Shown: positions 56,874 through 64,000 of the stretch, one piece after another
How the letters are laid out: each line of letters starts with the position of its first letter
How positions within the stretch are numbered: the first letter of the stretch is position 1
IMG/VR virus record: IMGVR_UViG_3300009425_004205
Span: 1 to 64,000 of that record
Origin: a virus
Reading direction: 5' to 3' (one strand)
Length of the DNA: 64,000 bases
Position numbers and translations under genes: made by a program
The notes under the pieces: model-generated
What the model was told of the DNA's origin: nothing
Databases searched by the model: none
Seen by the model: only the letters and a program-made list of their open reading frames with translations

Positions 56874-59140
56874 TGGGAATAAAGAGATATATATCAAACG
56901 CAGACACCACCATAACCAATGCATATAAGTTTAACTTGTCAGATAACGCCAAAGAAGCAAACATGGGCGAGTCGGATATAATGGAATTGTTTACAATATA
57001 TGCTCAGGCATCCAGCTCATCTTTGGAGAAAAGCCGGATGTTATTAAAATTCTCCGTCGACGATATAAAGGCAGATAGGGACAGTGGCGCACTACCCGTT
57101 AGTGGAAGTGTTAGTTTCTACTTAAGAATGTTTAACGCCCCACACGGCCAAAGCATTCCAGAAAAATACAACATTTCAGTTCTACCGGTAGCTCAATCCT
57201 GGGATGAGGGCTACGGCTTGGACATGGAGTCCTATTTAGATATAGGCGCCGCCTCGTGGCTTTCTGCGTCTGCAACAAAAAAGGCACAGGTAGTAGAAGT
57301 TTCTTTCTTAGATAACAGGAAGCATAAGCTTGTAGGAAAGCATGTTTCTCTGTATAACGGATTAAGACAAAGAAAAAATTATTGGTTCAAGGTTGGCTCT
57401 AGCGGATCCGCCCCGGTATTAACTGGGACAGAATTCGCAGTTGATATAAGCGCCGGATCCGCCACAACTGCAGCACACTATGCCACTATACTCAAAAATG
57501 CTGTCAACTCTGCATCTTCATCTGGTCATACAGCAGCATTAAGCGGTAGTAGCACTAGTGTAGTATCTGTAACAAATGACGTCCTTGGAGAAGCAAAGAG
57601 TCCAATTATATCAAACGGAATAACGTCGTATTGCACAGCACTAATTCAAGAATATGGACTCAGCGCGGTAGTGTGGAATACAGAAGGTGGCGAATATTAC
57701 ACAGACTTAAACACGAAATACGTAACAGATGCAGACGTCTCTTTGATACCAATAAAGAAGAAATATGTCGACGGGCCCGAAGACACTGATGTTGAGATAA
57801 CCTCGCTCGTCGAGGAGTGGATAGTGTCTAAGACTGTGAGTCCCATGAACTTTACAAAAGCATATGCTCAAATTACATTTACAGGCCTGCCTGCAGACGA
57901 CTCCTCCATATCCTTAACTGACACAGTCGGAAGAAAGAGAACGTTCTTGTTTAAGGACGGATCAACGACTGGGAATTATGACGGAGTGTATGTATACGTG
58001 GATACTGACGCCACCCCCGCCACCCAGGCAACGAAATTCAAAGAAGCTGTCGACTCTTTGGACGGATTTAGAGATGAGATGGCAACATCCACAACCTCTG
58101 CTATAGTACACTTGTCTCAGTCTAATGCCGGTTTTGGTGGAAATCGGAAGATAACAACCAGTGGCACAACCAACTCATCAATATCAAACTCTGGTTATTT
58201 TGCTAATGGCGTCGGCTTGCAAAACAATGGGTTGCTTGTAAAATTATCAGGCTCGTTTGAAGACGGAACAATGGAGAAGACTTTTTATACAAAGAAATAT
58301 TTTACTAGAGGTTCTGAATTCTTCTTTAAACGCCCGATGATAGAAGCTCGATGGGACTCTTCTTTGGGAGACGACAGAGGTGATTTTTACGCTAGTAGCT
58401 CTTTGGTATCTTCTGTTGATAACAAGCACACGCTTTTTCTTTATAATTTTTTTAGAGGAACTCCGAAAAATATTCCAGATATGGAAACAGGAAAGATATA
58501 TGTGCAACTGTTCGATTCATCGGGTACAGAGCTTGTGGGGGCGACAAGCCCTTATCCTGTAACTGGCGGGCATTATCCCGGATCAACGGGAATGTATACT
58601 GCTTCTTTTGCAATAGACACTACAGAAAGTACAGTAAGGGACATCTGGGTGGGCGGTGGCACTAGTGACGGATCTGTCAAGCGAGGTGTTGGTGAAACTC
58701 AGTATCATACAGGCTCTTTTCAGGTTAATAAATATAAAGCTTCTTCAACTGCCGCCAATTACGACTCAGACTATGTGTCGAAAATAACTAATTTAAAATC
58801 TGTGTATTCGAAAGAAGAGCGCCCTCGCTTTAGACTGTACAGCAGAAAGAGAGATTGGCAACCGAACATTTACAACGTTGCCTCAAACGTTGCCCCAACA
58901 ACAATAGTCAAGGGCTCTTATTATAAGATAGATAGAGAATCTGATGGACTGACTGTCATATCGTATGGTACTGGGAGCCTAGAATATACTAAGATGTCAT
59001 ATGATATGAGTGGCAGCTATTTTGATTTGGATATGTCTTTGCTCGATCCTGGATATTCTTACGAAATATCTTTAGTTTTCAAGCTAGATGGTGTATATAA
59101 AGAGCAGAACGAAAAATATAAATTTAGAGTTGAAAAATGA
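56873..59140 (+). CDS. Virion structural protein (baseplate region), Ser/Thr/Gly-rich
   Basis: 755 aa; ADTTI, SRMLLKF, WDEG.G, RP.IEARWD; follows the gp6-like gene. Confidence 0.75.
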   Translation: MGIKRYISNADTTITNAYKFNLSDNAKEANMGESDIMELFTIYAQASSSSLEKSRMLLKFSVDDIKADRDSGALPVSGSVSFYLRMFNAPHGQSIPEKYNISVLPVAQSWDEGYGLDMESYLDIGAASWLSASATKKAQVVEVSFLDNRKHKLVGKHVSLYNGLRQRKNYWFKVGSSGSAPVLTGTEFAVDISAGSATTAAHYATILKNAVNSASSSGHTAALSGSSTSVVSVTNDVLGEAKSPIISNGITSYCTALIQEYGLSAVVWNTEGGEYYTDLNTKYVTDADVSLIPIKKKYVDGPEDTDVEITSLVEEWIVSKTVSPMNFTKAYAQITFTGLPADDSSISLTDTVGRKRTFLFKDGSTTGNYDGVYVYVDTDATPATQATKFKEAVDSLDGFRDEMATSTTSAIVHLSQSNAGFGGNRKITTSGTTNSSISNSGYFANGVGLQNNGLLVKLSGSFEDGTMEKTFYTKKYFTRGSEFFFKRPMIEARWDSSLGDDRGDFYASSSLVSSVDNKHTLFLYNFFRGTPKNIPDMETGKIYVQLFDSSGTELVGATSPYPVTGGHYPGSTGMYTASFAIDTTESTVRDIWVGGGTSDGSVKRGVGETQYHTGSFQVNKYKASSTAANYDSDYVSKITNLKSVYSKEERPRFRLYSRKRDWQPNIYNVASNVAPTTIVKGSYYKIDRESDGLTVISYGTGSLEYTKMSYDMSGSYFDLDMSLLDPGYSYEISLVFKLDGVYKEQNEKYKFRVEK

Positions 59141-62100
59141 GCCTTAAAAATCTATTTGAAAAAAAATCGAAACCAATTGGGAAAACAGATTTAAAGAATC
59201 TAGCAGCAGATGTAGAGTCAGAAGACTATATCCTGGTACGAAATAAAAGAATCGAGAGGTTTGCTCCAAAAATTGATTATATCGATCCTGCGAATTTTGC
59301 AAAATTTGGATTAGCAGAAAGATATTACAGGGATTCAATCCAGAGAATACACCAAACATTTCCTTACGACGGCTCAGAATATGAAAAAGAGGCTTGGCAC
59401 TTAAGTTCTTCGCACCTAGATAATGAATTGTTGAGGAGTGAATATCCTAGGGCAAATGGTTATGCAAGATTATCAGCCACAGGATGGGGGAATCAAGCGT
59501 CTACTGTAGATAGCTACGGCTTGCCGGCAGTAGCAGACTTGGAATATATATATATTAAAGGGGGCCCCCACGCTGATCCATATGAAAATTTTAAAAGTGA
59601 AAATAGTTTAGCAAACATATACGAGTCAGCTAGCTATAGAGAATCAAATTTAAAGATTGGTGGTAAGAGAGGAAATACTGTTGAATTTTGGATGAAGAAG
59701 GACGCATATGACGTTTCGAAGACAAACAAGGAGGTATTTTTTGATGCTTGGGTATCTGGTTCAACAGTCGGGACAGATAGTTATGGCAGACTAAGAGTCG
59801 AGGCTAATTTCAATACTAGTAATGCCACACCGTTTAACGTGGTATATCAGTCAGGAAGTGTGGGGATATATAATAAGCCAATTGGTGATTCTACACTTCG
59901 GAGAACTGACATTGCCGATGGAAAGTGGCATCACTACGCATTCTCTTTTAAGCACTCCTCCGCTGATTCTACGCTGTATTATAGGTTGTACATAGACGGA
60001 GCCCTGAACGACTCTAGAGAGGCTGTCACCATGCCCTCCTTTGGCTCTGTAGACGGCAATATTGTAGCTACTATCGGTAGCTTGACAACATTGCACACCA
60101 CGGGAAGCTCATCCTCAATAGGTTCTGGTAAGTTATCTGGATCCATGGACGAATTTAGATTTTGGAAGACGGAGAGGGATGCAAAGGAAATAGGCTCGCA
60201 TTGGCTCAACCACGCTCCATGCGGGACAAACAATATAACTCAAAATACAAATTTGGGAGTTTATTACAAATTCAACGAAGGAATAACAGAGATATCAGCA
60301 ACAGACGCAACAGTGTTGGATTATTCAGGAAGAATATCAAATGGTTCATGGAAAAACTACACCAGCGCCTCACGCGCCACGGGATCTGCCTTCGTCGAAT
60401 CTGGAAAGGCGTTAAGGGAATATAAAGATCCTATAATATACGCCACACACCCAGAGGTTGTAGCCCTGCTCGAAAAGAAAGAGTTAGTGGGCAGAAGTTA
60501 CGACTTACAAAATAATTCGTCCTTATATCACTCTTTGCCGACGTGGATAATAGAAGAGCAGATGGGGGAGAACAAAGAAGTTAATTTAATGGGCGAACTG
60601 ATACAGGTAATGTCTAGCTATTTCGATACGCTATATTTACAGATAGAAGCCTTGCCGTCGTTAACCTCACAAGAATACAAGGATTATGCATCGCCATCTC
60701 ACGTGAGTGGTTCAACGTTCGCCCCATTTTCAGACAAGCTCTTAAAGTCAGTGGGGTTTGTAACCCCAGAGCTTTTCGCAGACTCAGTTTTGGTTGAAAA
60801 AATAGCGTCCAAAAACGATGACGGCGCATTTGAATTTGATTTGCATGACGTCAAAAATTTCATATATAGAAATATATACAACAATATATCTCAGATATAT
60901 AAGACGAAGGGAACAGAAAAATCTTTTCGAAACCTCATTAGGTGTTTTGGTATCGATAACGAACTGATTAAGCTTAATATGTATGCAGATAACTATACAT
61001 ACTCATTTAAAGATAACTTTCTAAATAAGGCAGAAAAAACTAGGTGTATAGATTTCGACGACAAAACTCGCTATTCTGCAACAGTTTGTCAAGAATATCT
61101 GTCTGTAACATCAAGTTACGGCTTCGCTTCTCACTACATTTCAGGATCGGGGGCGTCTGACGATTCCAATTTAGCAACCACCATGGAAGCTGAAGTAATA
61201 TTTCCCAGAAAGAAGGATTCCACATCCCACTTCTTTGAGGAGACTGCTTTTGTTTCTTCTTCGATATTCGGTTGCCATACCCCTTCGTTAACTCCGGGGA
61301 CGATGACATGGGATGCTGATGACAACGCTTCTTTGCAAGTATATGCAGTGAGGGAAAATCCATATTCAAGAGCTGCTTATTTTATATTATCTAGTACTAA
61401 TGACGGAATATTTAATGGCGATAGCGAACTTAAATCTCCCCTGATAGAGAATGTATATAACGAGACAAAGTGGAATATATCAGTCAGACTTAAACCGCGT
61501 GGATATCCGCTAAATAACGTTACAGGATCTCAGGATGAGTCATCCACTGCATATGACATTGAATTTAGAGGAACATACCTTATACTTGATTCTATAGAGG
61601 ATAGTTTTAGCGTGTCTTCGCCAATGGCAAAGAGCACTGCCGTTAATTTTCACTACGCCCCGAAGAGTGTCTATGCAGGAGCCCATAAGACAAATTTTAA
61701 AGGTGCACTGATAACCTCTTCGGACGTGACACTTTCTGCAGTGAGGTACTGGCAAGCATATTTAACCGATGAAGAGTTAAACGATCACTCTAGGGATATG
61801 ACTAGTCACGGTAGACGACACCCCCTAAGGGAAGAATATGTGCATGAGTCTGGAATAAGAACATCTAACCATCCGTCATATGAGTCGTTGGCACTGCACT
61901 GGGATTTTAGCCAAGTATCTGGCTCCAATGCGCAGGGGAAATTTTTTGTACATGATGCCTCCTCTGGCTCTGTTGAGTCGGCTAGCCAACTTCATAACAT
62001 TACAAGAACAAGCCATCCTGCCTTTGGGCACGGATTCCCTGAGTCAAGCGCAGATGTAGTTTCCGGAAAAGTGATTTCCTCTGTTAGAGCTAACCTTCCA

Positions 62101-64000
62101 GAAAATGTCTATAGTTCTGATATGATAGCCACACCCTCAGCGGACAGCGAAGTGTTCAAACCAGACTCCCGCCCAGTTAATTATTTTATTGCTTTTGAAA
62201 AGAGCATGTACCAGACAATATCTGAAGAGATGATAAACTTCTTTGCAACGATAAAGGACTTTAATAACCTGATAGGTGAGCCAGTCAATAAGTATAGGCA
62301 AGAATATAAACATCTGCAAAAAATTAGGGAGATGTTTTTTAGAAGAGTGGGGAACACCCCGGACTTGGAGAAGTACGTAGAATATTATAAGTGGTTTGAC
62401 TCTGCAATATCAGTAATGATAGATCAGCTTAAGCCTGCAACAACCAGATTCTCAGAAGATATAAGAACAATGATAGAGAGCCATATACTGGAAAGAAGCA
62501 AGTATATGGCTAAGTTCCCAACGTTGGAAATTAAGCAGTCGGAGAAAGATTATTCATTTCGATCTATAGGAGAAAATCAGTATAATTGGCGCACTGGCCA
62601 TGCCCCCTTGCCAGAAAGCCCGATAAATGATAAGGTAAACTGTTCTTGGTGGTATGAAAAGGCAGATAGGAGAGACACCTATATATTCCACCCCTCCGGC
62701 TCGGCACCTCAAGAGGTGATGAGGAATAGGGAAAAGATAAACATTTCAGCTACTTCTGATTTCGTATCGGGTTCTTCGTATGAAGCCCGAAGATTTAGTA
62801 AACCATACAGGTTTTCCATGGAGAGGGGCATAGATTTAAGCGTCGGATATAATCACAATACAAATAAAATACACGACTTCTATAAGGGAATTATCGAGTT
62901 TGATACCGGAAGATATATAATGCTAGCAGCACAAGATATTAACAAGCCAGCCTCGGCCACATGCGCGGAATCAATGCCAAACAAAAAGGAGAGATACCGA
63001 GGAAAAACAATTGCTAAAAACGCTAGCGGGTATATGAATGCTGATTCCGATATCAGTATGCCGTTCACGCTATATAAGACTGACGTAATTACCGGCTATA
63101 ACGCACTGCTAAGAAGCGTTAAGCCAGACTTAGACATAACAAACTTACATGCAGATACTTATGGTAATGATATGTCTACCCCTCTTCAAGGTGTTTTTGC
63201 AGAAGCGCATGTCGGGGGCAATGCTCACAGGCATAACGAGATAAATGTCAATACTCCTGCCGCTAGAATCGAGGCATATAAGCTAAACATGACGTCAGCT
63301 GATGCATCTGCAACACTGACTGTTGCAGATGGCACTGACGCTACAGCAAATCAATTTACGGAAAGAGAACAAATCACTATCATATCGACGGACGGCACCA
63401 GCAGGACGTACGTGCTTGTAGACGCTAGCGAGTCTGGTGCAGTTGCCACGGGGACGATACTAGTCAAGGGTTCGGATACTGGAGCTTCAGTCATGACTTC
63501 AGGCCACGCACTTCTCGGCGGAATCGCCGTAAATAGCAACCTGAATACTCATAATCAAGCGCAGGTATTAAACGAAATTAGAACAGCGATACTTCACTCT
63601 AACGGACATACCGGGAAAATTACTTGCAGCGCTGTCCTAACACCGGCAACAGGAACGCAGGTAATTACACTAACACAAGCGCTCAAGGGACATGAAGGTA
63701 ACACAAGTATAAAAACTGATATAAGTCAAATAACTGCCGTTGATTTTGCAGGCGGATATTCGAATATTAAGGTAGTCCACCAGGATATACGCCTCCCAAG
63801 AGCTAGCTGTACAAGGGACGGCACAACAAAGCGTCCATACAACTTCCAGAACATAAAGACATTAACAGGATCTTTAATACATGGTAATTACGAAAAGGAT
63901 TATGAAATAGTCCAAACCACCGGCCGCCGCCAGAATAACTCCTCTTTTACGGATGCGGGAGGCTTCTCGAGTGCAGTGAATTCCATCTTTGATGGATTTG
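59137..64000 (+). CDS. Large baseplate/tail protein with LamG-like domains, 3'-truncated (>1620 aa; absent from the ORF track)
   Basis: ATGA overlap at 59137 (MSLKNLFEKK); no stop seen in spot checks. LamG motifs TVEFWMKK, DGKWHHYAF, LYIDG, MDEFRFW; wedge-like IYKTKGTEKSFRNLIRCFG. Confidence 0.85.
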   Translation, partial: MSLKNLFEKKSKPIGKTDLKNLAADVESEDYILVRNKRIERFAPKIDYIDPANFAKFGLAERYYRDSIQRIHQTFPYDGSEYEKEAWHLSSSHLDNELLRSEYPRANGYARLSATGWGNQASTVDSYGLPAVADLEYIYIKGGPHADPYENFKSENSLANIYESASYRESNLKIGGKRGNTVEFWMKKDAYDVSKTNKEVFFDAWVSGSTVGTDSYGRLRVEANFNTSNATPFNVVYQSGSVGIYNKPIGDSTLRRTDIADGKWHHYAFSFKHSSADSTLYYRLYIDGALNDSREAVTMPSFGSVDGNIVATIGSLTTLHTTGSSSSIGSGKLSGSMDEFRFWKTERDAKEIGSHWLNHAPCGTNNITQNTNLGVYYKFNEGITEISATDATVLDYSGRISNGSWKNYTSASRATGSAFVESGKALREYKDPIIYATHPEVVALLEKKELVGRSYDLQNNSSLYHSLPTWIIEEQMGENKEVNLMGELIQVMSSYFDTLYLQIEALPSLTSQEYKDYASPSHVSGSTFAPFSDKLLKSVGFVTPELFADSVLVEKIASKNDDGAFEFDLHDVKNFIYRNIYNNISQIYKTKGTEKSFRNLIRCFGIDNELIKLNMYADNYTYSFKDNFLNKAEKTRCIDFDDKTRYSATVCQEYLSVTSSYGFASHYISGSGASDDSNLATTMEAEVIFPRKKDSTSHFFEETAFVSSSIFGCHTPSLTPGTMTWDADDNASLQVYAVRENPYSRAAYFILSSTNDGIFNGDSELKSPLIENVYNETKWNISVRLKPRGYPLNNVTGSQDESSTAYDIEFRGTYLILDSIEDSFSVSSPMAKSTAVNFHYAPKSVYAGAHKTNFKGALITSSDVTLSAVRYWQAYLTDEELNDHSRDMTSHGRRHPLREEYVHESGIRTSNHPSYESLALHWDFSQVSGSNAQGKFFVHDASSGSVESASQLHNITRTSHPAFGHGFPESSADVVSGKVISSVRANLPENVYSSDMIATPSADSEVFKPDSRPVNYFIAFEKSMYQTISEEMINFFATIKDFNNLIGEPVNKYRQEYKHLQKIREMFFRRVGNTPDLEKYVEYYKWFDSAISVMIDQLKPATTRFSEDIRTMIESHILERSKYMAKFPTLEIKQSEKDYSFRSIGENQYNWRTGHAPLPESPINDKVNCSWWYEKADRRDTYIFHPSGSAPQEVMRNREKINISATSDFVSGSSYEARRFSKPYRFSMERGIDLSVGYNHNTNKIHDFYKGIIEFDTGRYIMLAAQDINKPASATCAESMPNKKERYRGKTIAKNASGYMNADSDISMPFTLYKTDVITGYNALLRSVKPDLDITNLHADTYGNDMSTPLQGVFAEAHVGGNAHRHNEINVNTPAARIEAYKLNMTSADASATLTVADGTDATANQFTEREQITIISTDGTSRTYVLVDASESGAVATGTILVKGSDTGASVMTSGHALLGGIAVNSNLNTHNQAQVLNEIRTAILHSNGHTGKITCSAVLTPATGTQVITLTQALKGHEGNTSIKTDISQITAVDFAGGYSNIKVVHQDIRLPRASCTRDGTTKRPYNFQNIKTLTGSLIHGNYEKDYEIVQTTGRRQNNSSFTDAGGFSSAVNSIFDGF

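Overview
This window is a gene-dense, almost entirely plus-strand segment of a very large myovirus-like (jumbo) bacteriophage genome, read in the standard genetic code. Left part (1-18 kb): mostly unknown proteins, many sharing short acidic amphipathic leader motifs and an upstream (A)CTAWTTA motif. It also holds a CglF/GltF-like protein, a YkuK RNase H-like protein, a nucleotidyltransferase, a thermonuclease, PurA, an FG-GAP propeller and a ligase-like/HxGH nucleotidyltransferase fusion. Middle (17-25 kb): a host-support island with tmRNA, IscU, IscA, TilS next to its likely tRNA-Ile(CAU) substrate, and a ClpP-like protein, followed by a secreted protease, PIN-PhoH and a Cas4-like nuclease. 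The standout is 25.6-38.4 kb: four glycosyltransferase genes followed by an apparently complete phosphonate pathway. It comprises a PEP-mutase-like enzyme with a non-canonical motif, a split phosphonopyruvate decarboxylase, an AEP transaminase, a cytidylyltransferase, a sulfotransferase-like protein, a Fom3-like B12 radical SAM methylase, a LicD phosphotransferase, an FkbM methylase and an epimerase. The inference is that the phage builds a (methyl)phosphonate-decorated glycan, possibly on its own virion proteins, which are enriched in [S/T]-G-S motifs. Right part (39-64 kb): a gp55-like sigma factor and a baseplate module with two paralogous enzyme-tipped proteins, a spike-like protein, a 3461-aa protein, gp25-like and gp6-like wedge proteins, and a large LamG-containing ORF running off the window. 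The CglF-like gene and the tmRNA tag suggest a Myxococcota/deltaproteobacterial host (inference). All family assignments come from motif recognition by eye; no searches were run.
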